The notes below the pieces were generated by a model. The model worked only from the letters and a program-made list of their open reading frames with translations, had not been told where the DNA came from and made no database searches. A program made the translations under genes and the position numbers. 64,000 nt of DNA from Chiloscyllium plagiosum (taxonomy: Eukaryota): NCBI RefSeq assembly GCF_004010195.1, contig NC_057719.1:24639604-24703603 (forward strand), in the 5' to 3' direction. Of the stretch, positions 12,708 through 27,678 are shown one piece after another. Every line of letters starts with the position of its first letter. Position 1 is the stretch's first letter.

Positions 12708-13764
12708 CTGTCAATCACCTTCAACCTTCCACCATCCTCAGCTCATTTCTCTTCACCCTGATACTGCCTGTTATGACCCTCAATACACACACAAGCGTCA
12801 TTGATCCAACAATCCATCAGTCTACTGCTGCACCATCACCCCCTGCCCTCCCACAGAGACCGTCACTCTTAACTCTCCCTCTTTTGCTCCTGACCTGCCC
12901 TTGGTGACCCATGGTTCTCCCATCCTTGCAATGGCTTGTCCTCAATCACTTCGATCTCCACTGATTTAAGCTTGAGCTGTCTTTGAAAGAAATTGACCTA
13001 CCCTCTGTCATCCAGCTCCCTCCCTCTGTCCCCCCATGATTTTCCTTCTGGCCATCACTCGTTTGATCTCTCTCAGACTGCCAACCCCTAAGCTCAGTGC
13101 CATTTGCTCCAAATCTGCAAGGAAGACTGTTTCACCTACTGCACACCACTCTTTAAACAGTCCTGAATCAGAAGCCTTCTTATTTGCTGCCAATTTAATG
13201 ACAAAGGTATATTTATAACCTGCAAACTATGACCTCTAATAAACATGCATGACAAGCAAATGCAGAGAACTGGGAACCAGTCTTGATCCAATGCTACTTT
13301 CCTACTCACCTTTCATCCTACCAGCAGGAAACTGACATTTCACCTCCTGCCAAATTGATTGCACAGTTCACCTAGTTTCCTGCCCCTGGGAGTTTCACTA
13401 AATTCTGCCCACTGCAACTGTTGCTGTCAATAATTATGTCATCAAACTTTAAACTTGGAAAGTAATACCTTCTTGCTTATTCTTTCTTGAAAGATGTTTC
13501 CCTTTTTAAAACCTTTGAGTTGTCTCTATATCAAAGGTCTGTGAAACTTTGGTTTAGTTATTTCATGATCAATGTCCTGACTGGCTCTTGCTTCTCCCAA
13601 AAGATATCTGGAACCATGTTTCAGATATTTATTCAGAAAAACAACTAATCATTGCATGTGCTTGTTTCAGGTTGAGCTAGATACCATCACATTAATATAT
13701 TCAACAACACTCATTGATTCAGGCAAAATTTCTACACTGGGTGTCTCTGCTCCAGGGATAGATT

Positions 13765-14320
13765 TACTGATTGACCCTCATTCAGGCCTTTGTTACCTCT
13801 AGCCTTGACTATTGCCATTGTAATAACTGTAATCGACCTGGGTGGGTCTCCCACATTCGACAGTCTAAAAACTTGAGGCAAAACTGTACTGAGTCATTAT
13901 GCCTGTGTCACAATTCACAGCAAATCACATTCCACAATTACTTCTGGCTCACTTGCTTGCTTGGCCTTGATTTTAAAGCTCTCATTCTGTTTTTCAAATC
14001 CCTCTTTAGTTTGGCCAGTCCCTTTCTCTGCACACTCTTCCAGCCCCACAGCCCTCTGAGATATCTGTGTTCCTCTATTCCAAGCCCTTGGTGCATCTCC
14101 AATTATGATCATTCCAACATTGGTTATCATAGCATCAAGTTGCCTCGGTGCCAAACTCTGCAATTCTCTTCTTACACATCGCCAAATCTCTAATTTGCCT
14201 TCTCATTTTAAGATACTTCTTCAAATATACCTCTTTGACCAAACTTCCGTCATTCCATTTAATGCTCCTCCACAGCACCTTGGCAAGTTTTATTATATTA
14301 AAGACGCAATATGAATATAG
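13765..14320 (+). mobile_element. L2 LINE 3' fragment
   Basis: TLIQAFVTSSLDY and DFKALILFFKSL resemble the L2 ORF2 C-terminus. L2-like tail ttttattatattaaagacgcaatatgaata. Confidence 0.75.
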
Positions 14321-15633
14321 GTAATTGTATTCATTTTGTTGCCAAATGCGCTTTTCAAGACTGACAGATCACCGCCTTTAGGGTTTCCATCTGTGTCCTT
14401 ATTTGGATAATTGGCTGATAATAGCTTTTTGAATAGATCATTATGAGCTGTTCAGAATACAGCTTTCCGATTGCAGCAGTTAAACTTCATGGAAAACCTG
14501 AAAAGATTCATATGGAATGTTCTTAGAATGACATCTTAATAGGAATCGAATTCTCGCCTTTCAAATAATGGGCTTTTTGCCAAAGGAGCATATGCAGGAC
14601 AGGAAATAGGATAAACAACCTATACCAGGACGAAGGAAATGTTGAGATCCAATATGCCAGATGGTTTAATGGAAGAGAAATACAGGGGGTGTATGCATAT
14701 TAAAGAGTATCTTTATACATAAAACAACGCTGAAAGCTTGAACTGACTTGTTCCAAAAACATTAGCCAGTTGTCTAAATATAGCTATAAATGTAATTTAA
14801 AGAAAATGATGTATGTTTGCAGACCACCAACGGTATTCAAGAAATTTAATGAAGTGATGGCTTTTAGGAGGCAGTTTATGGCTCACATATATTGTGTGTG
14901 AAAGGGTCATGTCAGATCCAGAAGGCAGTATATAACCTTGCTCCAGCTGTCTGTGAATGCACAGCCACATTTTATGGGGCGGGTCAGGTAACTTTTAAAG
15001 GATGAATGCCTGCTCCAAAAAGCTTTTGGTCAGTCGGAGTGCTGATGGTTTAGCAGTCTCAGCGGTGCCATAAGGAGCAGTGGCCAGTTCTGGGACTTGG
15101 AAGATATGGACGTAGGGAAGTGGGATCTGGCAGGAAATGAGGGGAATAGCATCAAAATGTGTCTTCGTCATGGAAACATCTCGAGAGATTCTGAAGGTTA
15201 TGCACCACCTTTGTCAACTTCCTTCACCAATCATGACTGATTTAGGTCGTAAAAGGACACCATATTCCCAACCAGCTAATTGGGAACTGGGAGACGGATG
15301 GCATCATTACCACATGGACAACCTCTTTCTCTATGGACCCAGTAGGTATTCTCACTTATAACATGTGAGTTGATCGGTAGAGATTGGCATCTCAAACACT
15401 CTGAGTTCACTTCTTGCTGCCTCAATTGCCAATGCCTTTTGTGTGTAAATCATCAGAGTGTAATGTTGAGGCTATGGTGGACTCTCGAAAAATTAAAAGA
15501 GGATTTTTTTGGTACCAAATTGTTGTGGTTGATCATTCTGACAAAAGGCAACAAGGCCAGCTAGGGATGGGCAATAAATGTTGCCAGCCAGTGAAGCCTA
15601 TGTCCCAAGAGTGACATCTCTGTTGCACCTAAA

Positions 15634-18200
15634 GTCATAGAGTCATAGAGATGTACAGCATGGAAGCAGACCCTTCGGTCTAACCTGTCCATGCAGACCA
15701 GATATCCCAACCCAATCTAGTCCCACCTCCAGCACGCGGCCCATATCCCTCCAAACCCTTCATAATCCTTTACCCATCCAAATGCCTCTTAAATGTTGCA
15801 ATTGTACCAGGCTCCACCACATCCTCTGGCAGCTCATTCCATACACGTACAACACTCTGAGTGAAAATGTTGCCCCTTAGGTCTCTTTTATATCTTTCCC
15901 CTCTCACCCTAAACCTATGCCCTCTAGTTCTGGACTCCCTGACCCCAGGGAAAACACTTTGTCTATTTATCCGATCCATGCCCCTCATAATTTTGTAAAC
16001 CTCTATAAGGTCACCCCTCNNNNNNNNNNNNNNNNNNNNNNNNNNNNNNNNNNNNNNNNNNNNNNNNNNNNNNNNNNNNNNNNNNNNNNNNNNNNNNNNN
16101 NNNNNNNNNNNNCATTTATCTGAATTAAACTCCATCTGCCACTTCTCAGCCCATTGGCCCATCTGGTCGAGATCCCGTTGTAATCTGAGGTAACCCTCTT
16201 CTGCTGTCCACTACACCTCCAATTTTGGTGTCATCTGCAAACTTACTAACTTATGCTCGCATCCAAATCATTTATACAAATGACAAAAAATAGAGGATCC
16301 AGCACGGATCCTTGTGGCACTCCACTGGTCACAGGTCTCCAGTCTGAAAAACAACCCTCCACCACCATCCTCTATCTTCTACCTTTGAGCCAGTTCTGTA
16401 TCCAAATGGCTAGTTCTCCCTTTATTCCATGAGATCTAACCTTGCTAATCAATCTCCCATGGGGAACCTTGTCGAATGCCTTACTGAAGTCCATATAGAT
16501 CACATCCAATGCTCTGACCTCATCAATCTTTTTGCTACTTCTTCAAAAAACTCAATCAAGTTTGTGAGACATGATTTCCCACGTACAAAGCCATGTTGAC
16601 TATCCCAAATCAGTCCTTGCCTTTCCAAATAAATGTACATCCTGTCCCTCAGGATTCCCTCCGACAACTTGCCCACTGAGGTCAGGCTCACCAGTCTATA
16701 GTTCCCTGGCTTGTCTTTACCACCCTTCTTAAACAGTGGCACCACGTTTGCCAACCTCCAGTCTTCTGGCACCTCACCTGTCTCTATCAATTATACAAAT
16801 ATCTCAGCAAGAAGTCCAGCAATCACTTCTCTAGCTTCCCACAGAGTTCTTGGCTACTGGGGATCTATCCACCTTTAACCGTTTCAAGGCATCCAGCACT
16901 TCCTCCTCTGTAATCTGGACATTTTGCAAGATGTCACCATCCATTTCCCTACAGTCTATATCTTCCATATCCTTTTCCATAGTAAATACTGATGCAAAAT
17001 ATTCATTTAGTATCTCCCCCATTTTCTGTGGCCCAACACAAAGGCTGCCTTGCTGATCTTTGAGGGGCCCTATTCTCTCCCCAGTTACCTTTTTGTCCTT
17101 CATATATTTGTAAAACCCCTTTGGATTCTCCTTAATTCTATTTGCCAACGCTATCTCATGTCCCCTTTTTGCCCTCCTGATTTCCCTCTTAAGTATACTC
17201 CTACTTTCTTTATACTCTTCTAAGGATTCACTCGATCTATCCTGTCTATACCTGACATATGCTTCCTTCTTTTTCTTAACCAAACCCTCAATTTCTTTAG
17301 TCATCCAGCATTCCCGATACCTACCAGCCTTCCCTTTCACCCTGACAGGAACATACTTTCTCTGGANNNNNNNNNNNNNNNNNNNNNNNNNNNNNNNNNN
17401 NNNNNNNNNNNNNNNNNNNNNNNNNNNNNNNNNNNNNNNNNNNNNNNNNNNNNNNNNNNNNNNNNNNNNNNNNNNNNNNNNNNNNNNNNNNNNNNNNNNN
17501 NNNNNNNNNNNNNNNNNNNNNNNNNNNNNNNNNNNNNNNNNNNNNNNNNNNNNNNNNNNNNNNNNNNNNNNNNNNNNNNNNNNNNNNNNNNNNNNNNNNN
17601 NNNNNNNNNNNNNNNNNNNNNNNNNNNNNNNNNNNNNNNNNNNNNNNNNNNNNNNNNNNNNNNNNNNNNNNNNNNNNNNNNNNNNNNNNNNNNNNNNNNN
17701 NNNNNNNNNNNNNNNNNNNNNNNNNNNNNNNNNNNNNNNNNNNNNNNNNNNNNNNNNNNNNNNNNNNNNNNNNNNNNNNNNNNNNNNNNNNNNNNNNNNN
17801 NNNNNNNNNNNNNNNNNNNNNNNNNNNNNNNNNNNATCTGCCTTCAATCAGCTTTTGAAAGTTCTTGCCTAATACCGTCAAAATTGGCCTTTCTCCAATT
17901 TAGAACTTCAACTTTTAGATCTGGTCTATCCTTTTCCATCACGATTTTAAAACGAATAGAATTATGATCGCTGGCCCCAAAGTGCTCCCCCACTGACACC
18001 TCAGTCACCTGTCCTGCCTTATTTCCCAAGAGTAGGTCAAGTATTGCACCTTCTCTCGTAGGTACATCCACATACTGACTCAGAAAATTGTCTTGTACGC
18101 ACTTGAGAAATTCCTCCCCATCTAAACACTGTAACACTATGGCAGTCCCAGTCGATGTTTGGAAAGTTAAAATCCCCTACCGTAACTATCCTATTATTCT
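15634..18200 (-). mobile_element. Young CR1 LINE spanning the endonuclease end through RT, with two N gaps
   Basis: GDFN, ILDLLLGN, GASDHN, NYRLVSLTS, QHGFVRGKSCLTNLIEFFEEV and WNELP motifs, plus the CTCTATGA tail. Confidence 0.95.
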
Positions 18201-19129
18201 CCAGCAATCTACTGCCAACTACCCCATATGATTTACCCCTATATTAGAAAATTCTGGAAAGTGCAGAAGTACTTCCCCACTGATCTTCTCTCAGTACATG
18301 CACAGTGACGGCTGACTCCTGGCTAGCAGTTCTTGGCTGGGTTTTAAAAATAGCATGGTGCCAGGATTCCTAGGAGATCGTAGTGATAGCAAGAATTGCC
18401 ATCTCTGGCAACAGGGAATTTAATCGAGCAGGGCACCATAGAGGCACAGTGCACAGCTAATCAAATGAGTTTCAAAAAATAGAGTGAGTTGAATGATCAG
18501 CCATGATTATATTGAAAGGCGGAGAAGGCTTGAAGGGCTAATAACCCATTCTTGCTCCAATTTTATATGTTTTTATATTTCTAAATCTTCATAAGGCTGA
18601 GAAACTCTCTCACTAAAATTGACACTGAGCCAATTTCGGGTAAAATGCAGTCCTTATTAATTGTAATCGTAACATCAAACTTATTCATCAAAAATTCAAA
18701 TACATTAATGTTTTCAATTGGAAGAGTAGTTTTTTTTCACTAACATGGGAATGACATTTATTCTTTTGTGCTTTTGTTCACCCTTGTCAATGTGTCTGTG
18801 TAGGAACCAACAGAACACACAAAAGACTGTCTTTTGTTTGTGGTACTGAGAAGTAATCTGAATAATAGTTACACTGTTCTATGTCAACATCATCTATCAA
18901 TGCATTTCTACATTCCTAATAGCAACAAAATTGGCACTTTTCTCTTTACTTGGAGATGCCAAGCTTGTAGTGTATGCTCTACATCAAGTGGGAGAACAAA
19001 TGTCCCATTGTGATTGAGCAACCAAAATCAGTAAATCAACTTGCATCTCTCTCTGATTGTTGATGCCGTATACTGGGTATCAACTTGCTAGGACGATCTA
19101 GTGGCATGGCTATTGAAAACTATATTTAA

Positions 19130-19655
19130 TAATAAGCAAAGGAAGATGGGCAGACAACTAATGATTTCTTATATTTAAAAAGGGAGATGGAACAAGTCCA
19201 GGGCACAATCGACTAATTAGTTTAACTTCATTTGTACTGAAGATAATGGAATCCTCGATCGGTAATGTAACAAAAAATATATAGAAACTGAAAATATCAT
19301 AATGAGTAGACAGCACCAATTCCAAATGAGCTAGTTTAAGTCTGACTTATCTTTCTGTGTTCTTTGAAGAAGTAGATAAGAGTAGTGGGAGAATAAATAT
19401 TTTTGTATGCCAAAAGAGCTTAGAGAAGGCGTTATTTAGACATATGATGAAAGTCAGAACAGGGGATAGGTAGCAGCTTGAGTACCAAAATAAAGTTGGC
19501 AAAAAGCGAGTAGTATGTTTCAGTGAAAAACTATTATTGTTTATCATTTACTAAAATTACTTGAAGTTGGGAATTGGAAGTAGAATCTCATAATTTGTGA
19601 ATGGCAGCAAATGGAGGGATATAGATGATTTAGAAGAGGACTATAGCAAACTACA
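19130..19655 (+). mobile_element. Highly decayed CR1 RT fragment
   Basis: Remnants of the PLFKKG-NYRPISL-SQH-FFEEV coding region. Confidence 0.55.
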
Positions 19656-20269
19656 GGAGAACATTGGTGAGGAAATTGAGCAGGAGGAGAGAAGCCATAA
19701 TTCTCCTGGAGCCAGGAGGTTCTCAAGGACCAGCCCCAGAAGGCAATGGAGGCAACCCAGTAAGTGAATACATTTTCCCATGATGCCTACTTATCACAGC
19801 ATACACCTCTCATTCATCTCAATAAACCACTTCCTGACACACACTGTGCTCATCCCTTAGTATGCACGCATAAATCTTTAAAATGATGGAGCAGGACTCG
19901 GATACAGTAATCTCATCAGTAGAGCCACATGAAATTGGTATAGAGTTCAAACATATCCTATTTTGGCTGTTGTTTGGACCTTTACCTGCAGTATGGGAGT
20001 CACAAAATCACAAAGTAGACTTAAACACTCTTCAGGAAAGATAAGGTCTGCTTAGTGTCACAATATCTGGATTTTTACATTTTCTGCTCTATAAACTTAA
20101 AGAAAAAACTACTGAGTTTGAAACACACACTGTTGGACTGTTTTGATTGACAAACCATCTGATGTTGGTCAGAAACAAAAACTTCCACAAGTTCTTCATT
20201 GACATTTACCAAGTGCTGTTATTATGACATTAGGAAAGTCTGGCTGAGTTTCAAAAACCAAAAAGCGTA

Positions 20270-20748
20270 GAGCTGGAAAAAGCACAGCAGGTCAGGCAGC
20301 ATCCGAGGAGCAGCAGAATTGATGTTTTGGGCATAAGCACTTCATCAGGAATGTGGAGGGGTCAGGGGGCTGAGAGATAAATAAGAGGGTAAGTGGTCAC
20401 CCCCCACCTCATCCCAGATCAAACCCTCCAGCATGGCACCACCCTCTTGACCTGACCTGCCTCTCCATCTTCCTTCCCACATATCCACTCCACCCTGCTG
20501 CCGACCTATCACCTTAACCCCTTACCTGCATCTACCTATCACCATTCCACCTAACTTTCCCCTCATACCCACCCCCATCCTCTTATTTATCTCTCAAGCC
20601 CCCTCCCCCTCCACATTCCTGATGAAAGGCTTATACCCGAAACATCAACTCTGCTGCTCCTCTGATGCTGCCTGACCTGCTGTGCATTTTTCAGTGCCAT
20701 ACCTTTTGACTCTGACTGTCCAGCATCTGCAGTCCTCACTTTCTCCTG
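20270..20748. mobile_element. Penelope-type element with inverted terminal repeats, each carrying a decayed hammerhead motif
   Basis: 20270-20390 is inverted against 20585-20700. CTGATGA...GAAA at 20619-20642 (+), with a mirror copy near 20320-20348 (-). Confidence 0.7.
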
Positions 20749-20914
20749 CGTTTCAAAAATGACAGGCATCTCAGTGTAGATTTCACTTTCAGAAAATTTG
20801 GTAAGCTATCCGCTTTGGCAGCAAAACTCAGGTCCCTAATATCAAATAGGTGATTGTACTATTTGCTACTCCTCACATACTAAAGCAAACAATGCCCAAA
20901 TGCAATAAGCCATA

Positions 20915-21505
20915 GACAAGTTCCTGATTTGGGCTGACGAGTGACAAGTGACAATCACATCACAAGTGCCAGGCAATGACCGTTTCCAACAAGAGAGAAT
21001 CTAAACATTGCACTTTGACATTTGATAGTATCACCATCACTGAATCCTCCATCAACATCATGGCATCAACTTTGACCAGGAACTGAACTGAAATGATCAT
21101 AAAAATAATGTGACTACAAGAGTCAGAGGTGAAGTGACTTCACCTGATGAAGTAGCAGTGCTCTGAAAGCTTATGATTTCAGTTAAATCTGTTGGACTAT
21201 AATCTAGTGTCATGTGACTTCTGAACTTGTCCACTCCAGTCCAACATCGGTACCTCCACATCATGACATCGATTTCTTCCACCACTGACACAGAGTATAA
21301 GATGAACTGCAGAAATTCACTAAGCCTCCTTTGATAGCATCTTCCAAACCAATGACCTCGCCAGCTAGAAGGACAAGGCCAACCTGAGAACACTACCAGC
21401 TGCAAGTTCTTCTCCCAGCTACACACATCCTGGTTTGGAAATATATCACCATTCTGTCGCTGTCCATGAGTCAAAATTCTGTAATACCCATCTTAATGGG
21501 GTTGT
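20915..21505 (+). mobile_element. CR1/L2-group LINE 3' fragment with a nested Penelope-type hammerhead element (21140-21265)
   Basis: WAD.WQVT...KCQAMT.SNKRES remnant. The insert reads CACCTGATGAAGTAGCAGTGCTCTGAAAGCTT...GGACTATAATCTAGTGT. Confidence 0.7.
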
Positions 21506-21634
21506 GAACTGCATTGATTCAACAGGGATCTAACATGACACCAGGGTTGCAAGTGGTCTGATTCAACCTCAGACTGTTACCAGGGAGAGGGATTGAGTTA
21601 GTTGTGAGTGGTTGGTGTTTTTTTTTTCAGGAAC

Positions 21635-21758
21635 CACAACTACCTGTTGAAGGAGTAGCGTTCTGAAAGCTAGTGCTTCCAAATATACCTGTTCGACTAT
21701 AACCTGGTGTTGTGTGATTTTTAACTTTGTACACCCCAGTCCACCTCCAAATCATGAC
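21635..21758 (+). mobile_element. Penelope-type terminal repeat with decayed hammerhead motif
   Basis: ACCTGTTGAAGGAGTAGCGTTCTGAAAGCTAGTGCTTCCAAAT...ACCTGGTGTTGTGTGATTTTTAACTT, the same family as 61856 and 50825. Confidence 0.7.
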
Positions 21759-24239
21759 TAATTATACCAGTGTGACATCTCTTCCATTTCTCACAGCATC
21801 CATTGCACTCTCGAAATGATACTTGAAAGACTATGGAGTGATTAGATATTTATTGCAAGGAGCCATCATGACAAGATGGGCCAAATGCCCAGTTCTTTGC
21901 TGTATGATTCTATGATAAAACAAAAGCTAAGACAATATTTTGATAGCTCATCTATTCTTTCTCAAGTACACATAGCTACTCTGTTTCAAAACGCTCAATA
22001 ATATTTTACCTCGGAAGACTTTTGACACTTGTTATTTCGACATCTGTTCATGTTAATTATGGGTATAGAGATACAGTTTAATGAATGTGTACATAAGTCT
22101 TTGAGGTGATAAGTGGTGTGACTATGATCTCAGCAGTTACACATTAGTACTCTGCAAGAAATTCGGCAGCACAGCGTTTTACCACCATATACTGTTCTGA
22201 AATAAGCATTGTTTTAAAAATAGCGTTGACATTCAATTTAAAGTTGTATGAAGGACAAGGAACTCAATTTGCAACAATAAAGTCTTGCTTAAGACTTAAG
22301 CATATATTTACCAACTTTGTGGTGCAAAATGAATTTGAGGCAACAATTTTGTAGAAACATTTCTTTATAAAAAGACGTGTTTGAACAAATCCCCTACAAT
22401 CTCAAATGACACAGGAATAATCCTCATAAAAAAATTTCCCAAAGGTGGACTTCTTCTGGCCCTGCAGTACAACTCAAGCTGAATTTCACTCCCTTTCCAT
22501 CTGTTGTAAATGTTTCTGCACCATGACAGTTCATGGAATATATTGAACTACTTTACAAACATGAAGTTTATGTTCAGTTTTGAGATGCAAGAAAATATGT
22601 CTGATAATAAAAAGGCCTGACTAATGTTGGAAAAATCTTGCATACACCCCTAAAGTTATATTTATCACACAACATAAAACAGAGGTAATACTATAATCAT
22701 TTGCTGGATTCAGAGTTGAGTAAAAACAATTTGAGTGGTATGAGTTTGTGATCCAGATTATATCTGAATAGTCACTGCTCAAAACCCCCACAAGGTAAAC
22801 TGTAGAAGACTCACATATTGTACCCATGCTTCCATTACCCAGCACCTCCCTCAAGCTTGCATAGAATTAGATTCAATCCACAGCTTGCTTGACTTCAGGC
22901 ACCATTTGCCAACCATGAAAAAAACAAATAATTTTACATGCGTACAGAACCGTGGATGACCTTTTCTAAAGAAGCTTATCTCATAGCCCAAGCACTTTGC
23001 AGCAGTTCGGCTCATACAATGTCAGGGTCTCTCTGACCAGAATATTTCTTTTCAATTGCAGCTCCCTGTACATAGCTGTTATAATGACCTGCATTCAATT
23101 AATCTACACCAAACTGAGGAAGAAAACATATCATGATATATTTAAACTCTCTTTTAAGGTTATGTCGTGAGACTGGTTTATGGTTTCAATAATAGAAAAC
23201 GCAAAATTGATGAAGAAATTAGGACAGATTTCAATTCTTTAGCATAAAGACAGGAGTACTTGCACGAATTTCGAAGTGGGAGACCCAGTCAAGCTTAAGT
23301 ACACACACAGCAGGGAGTTCAATGCAAGGCTTATTGAAGTGATTGAAGGATGTGTGCCAACAGGGTGTGGGCCTCATGGGAGTACTTACATGACCAAGGT
23401 AGGCTAGGAAGGACATTTGTACATGATTGCATTTTAATCTAATCATCCACATTTTCATGGAAAAAATCAGAAAAAAAGCATGTCTTTTCATAAACGTTTT
23501 TGAATTATCCAGCTTCTTACTTCTCCAAATGTGCTACTTGCATTCTGGGTTGAACTCATATTGCTTTCAGTTTCTTATTGAATAACATATAAAGTACCTA
23601 TAACTTGAAAGCTTACCATGATTAACCCCATACTAATGATCTATAGGTCCCTCAATTCCACGATCGGTCAATTAACAACCTGTAAATGACTCTTTGTCCA
23701 ACTTGCAAACAATCGTTCCTTGTATGTTCCAGCGCTGGGTTGGCAGACTCTGATTCACCCAGAAGTATGAAAACTTCTTGGCAATCGAAAGAATCCAACA
23801 ACCTTACAGAGTTTGAATAAGGTTTATATACATTAATCATCATCAGACATGGAGCATGATCGCATAGTAACAACCAATCAATAATTATAATCACTTCATG
23901 GATAGTAGCTTGAACCAATGATATTGATTAAGTTGTAATGGCTTATGTCACCTTTTCAAAGATTCACAACCGGCAAAGTGTGGTTTAGTATTCCCTCTAT
24001 GAGGACTTGCAGCTTGCAAATGTGGTTAGTATTTCCTCATCTTATCCATCTACTTCTTCATAGCTTTAACTATACGTAGTCACGTAAGCATGGGGAAACA
24101 TCAGTCTTCGGTTTCTTGTTTCTGTCTGGTTCAGAGCAATCTAATTTAGCAATTCAGAAGCCCTTTTGTGCAGCAATGCAGAAGCCATTTTGTGCAGCTC
24201 CTTTATCTGTTTTGTCCTACCCCCTAGAGGCCCATATCT

Positions 24240-24752
24240 TCAGGGAGAGGGGCTGGATAGGGAGTCAGGGGATGGGTAGGGACGTTATTTGAAATTGGAG
24301 TACTCAGTGTTGAGTTCTCCAGATTGTAAGCTAACTAGGCAGAAGATGAGAGGTGCTGTTCCTCCAATTTTCAGTCTGATTCACTGTGGCATTGGAGGAG
24401 GCTGAGGATGGTCATGACGGAGAGGGAATGGGCAGGGAAATTAAAATGGACAGTGACAGGGAGGCCAGTCCTTGTAGGCCTGGCTGAGATGTTTGGCGAA
24501 ATGTGCCCTGAGTTTACGTTTAGTCTCAGCAATGGAGAGAAGACCACTTTGGAAGAACTGGATACAGTAAACTAGGAGGAGAGGCAGGTGAACCTCTGAC
24601 TCACATGGAAGGACTGTTTGGAGAAATTAGGTGAAAGTGAGGACTGCAGATTCTGGAAATTAGAGTCAAGATTAGAGTGGTGCCGGAATAGCACAGCAGG
24701 TCAGGCAGCATCCGAGGAGCAGGAAAATCGATGATTCGGGCAGGAGCCTGAA
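24240..24752 (-). mobile_element. Penelope-like element fragment plus terminal repeat
   Basis: 24630-24750 matches the 20270 and 36440 repeat family. 24280-24600 resembles the 3' (GIY-YIG-side) coding end of Penelope-like elements. Confidence 0.55.
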
Positions 24753-24754
24753 AT

Positions 24755-25073
24755 TGGGTCATCCAGCCCACTGAGTCTGCTCTGCCATTCAATCATGGCT
24801 GATACGTTTCTCAGCCCCGTTTTCCTGCTTTGTCCCCGTAACCCTTGATTCCCTTGACAATCAAGAACCTATATATCTCAGTCTTAAATATACTCAATGA
24901 CCTGGCCTCCACAGCCTTCTGTGGCAGTATATGCCATCGATTCACCACGCTCTGGCTGAAGAAGTTTCTCCTGATCTCTATCCCCCTAAAAGGTCTTCCC
25001 TTTACTCTCAGGCTGTGCCCTCGAGTCCTAGTCTCTCCTAGCAATGGAAACATCTTCCCAACATCTACTCTGT
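24755..25073 (-). mobile_element. CR1 3' tail
   Basis: TRGHSLRVKGRPF...RRNFFSQSVVNRW peptide. Confidence 0.85.
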
Positions 25074-26326
25074 GCAATGATGCAATCTTTAATGCACTTG
25101 GATAAAACTGCTCTGCACTATTTAAATTAAGTCATTATCCTTACAAAATACTTCGTCTGTCCCAATCTGGACTCAGTTCCAATTACACTCAGTAGGTTTG
25201 TGATGTTTTAGCAATAATTAGCTTAATTACCAATGCTTGTATGCACAACATATGCCACTTCTTTGAGAAACAAATTGTATTCTGCTATGTTTGTTGAGAT
25301 TTGCTAATTAATCTTTTTGGTGTTGTCGAGTCTAAATAAAATTGTAAGGCTCATTTCACATCTGTTGATGAAGCTGCTTCAAAGATATTTTCTTCCATTA
25401 CGAACCACACTGCTTGATATTACCTAATCCTAGGGCATCAGTTACATAAAGGAAGTTGGTTGATAGGCCAGATGGTGCAGTGCACCAAATAGCTGTCTTT
25501 TGCCTCTAAATCAAGTAAAAATTTTCATTCCTAGTTGAAGAATGTATAATCTGGCAGTACAGGCAGATAATGTTTCCACTATCTAGAGGTCACAAAATGG
25601 CTTGTATGGGAGATCAAAAGCATGAGTCGGTACTGCTCTGTTGTGATTGAGCTATGGCATATAGTTGGAGAAAGACAGAGTCGTGGATATTTGCTCAATA
25701 TCCAATATGACACCAATAATGCAATACTTGACACTAAAGGGCTGATTTTCTAGGTATGTATGGTTGGTGCATTGCTTCCCATTGTTCATCTTGGGGAACT
25801 TGCAACTGCATTGTTCAGTGTTTTCTGAGCAAATATTGCCTAATCAATCTGTTAAGAGATGTTATTTCACACTTCTAGAATAGGTGGCATTTAAACTCAG
25901 GCCTACTGACACACTTGGTTAATGGGCAAAATTTGTTGGTGCCAGCAAACAGAAATGTTTGATTCCCTGCACTTACATTACTCACCGTCATAAACATAAA
26001 AGGTCACAAGATACAAATTTTTCTTGCTACTTTCATGCAATTTCTTTTCCAATTGAATGGATAATCGACACAAGCTATATATCACATCAGTAGATAATAG
26101 ATTTGCCAGCAAAACTGTTGTATGCTAACTCAGTATATCGTTAATCATGCAAGGAGCTCCCAGTGCGTGGATCGCACCATCTTCATTGAGACAAATTGCA
26201 CTGACGTAAACTGCAGAAAACTGAGTACCAATACCGTGACAGTAGTTAAGGACTATACAAGTGTTTAAATTTCTTCTATTCGACATGAGTTTTATATTTG
26301 TCGTGAGTTTTACAACTGGATTTAAT

Positions 26327-27678
26327 TAGAGTCATAGAGATGTACAGCAGGGAAACAGACCCTTCGGTCCAACCTGTCCATGCCGACCAGATATCATAAC
26401 CCAATCTTATCCCACCTGCAAGCACCTGACCCATATCCCTCCAAACCCTTCCTATTCATATACCCATCCAAATGCCTCTTAAATGTTGCAATTGTACCAG
26501 CCTCTACCACTTCCTCTGGTAGCTCATTCCATACACATACCACCCTCTGCGTGAAAATGTTGCCCCTTAGGTCNNNNNNNNNNNNNNNNNNNNNNNNNNN
26601 NNNNNNNNNNNNNNNNNNNNNNNNNNNNNNNNNNNNNNNNNNNNNNNNNNNNNNNNNNNNNNNNNNNNNNNNNNNNNNNNNNNNNNNNNNNNNNNNNNNN
26701 NNNNNNNNNNNNNNNNNNNNNNNNNNNNNNNNNNNNNNNNNNNNNNNNNNNNNNNNNNNNNNNNNNNNNNNNNNNNNNNNNNNNNNNNNNNNNNNNNNNN
26801 NNNNNNNNNNNNNNNNNNNNNNNNNNNNNNNNNNNNNNNNNNNNNNNNNAGATCCTGTTGTAATCTGAGGTAACTCTCTTCGCTGTCCACTACACCTCCA
26901 ATTTTGGTGTCATCTGCAAACTTACTAACTGTACCTCTTATGCTCGCATCCAAATCATTTATGTAAATGACAAAAAGTAGAGGACCCAGCACCAATCCTT
27001 GTGGTCACAAGCCTCCAGTCTGAAAAACAACCCTCCACCATCACCCTCTGTCTTCTACCTTTGAGCCAGTTCTGTATCCAAATGGCTAGTTCTCCCTGTA
27101 TTCCATGAGATCTAATCAATCTCCCATAGGAAACTTTGTCGAACGCCTTACTGAAGTCCATATAGATCACATCTACTGCTCTTCCCTCATCAATCCTCTT
27201 TGTTACTACTTCAAAAAACTCAATCAAGTTTGTGAGACATGATTTCCCACGCACAAAGCCATGTTGACTATCCCTAATCAGTCCTTGCCTTTCCAAATAC
27301 ATGTACATTCTGTCCCTCAGGATTCCCTCCAACAACTTGCCCACCACCGACATCAGGCCGACTGGTCTACAGTTCCCTGGCTTGTCCTTACCATCCTTCT
27401 TAAACAGTGGCACCACATTAGCCAACCTCCAGTCTTCTGGCACCTCACCTGTGCCTATCGATGATACAGATATCTCAGAAAGAGGCCCAGCAATCACTTC
27501 TCTAGTTTCCCACAGAGTTCTAGGATACACCTGATCAGGTCCTGAGGATTTATCCACCTCTATGTGTTTCAAGATATCCAGCACTTCCTCCTCTGTAATT
27601 TGGACATTTTGCAAGGTGTCACCATCTATTTCCCTACAATCTATACCTTTCATATCCTTTCTCACAGTAAATACTGAC
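26327..27678 (-). mobile_element. Young 5'-truncated CR1 LINE with an N gap
   Basis: 241-aa RT ORF (26955-27680), [13 protein letters not shown]...KFADDTK and a CTCTATGA tail. Confidence 0.95.

Noticed and set aside
21900..26300. Long unique AT-rich stretch considered as a decayed endogenous viral gene
   Set aside because: The parts I translated by hand gave no sustained frame or recognisable viral motif.
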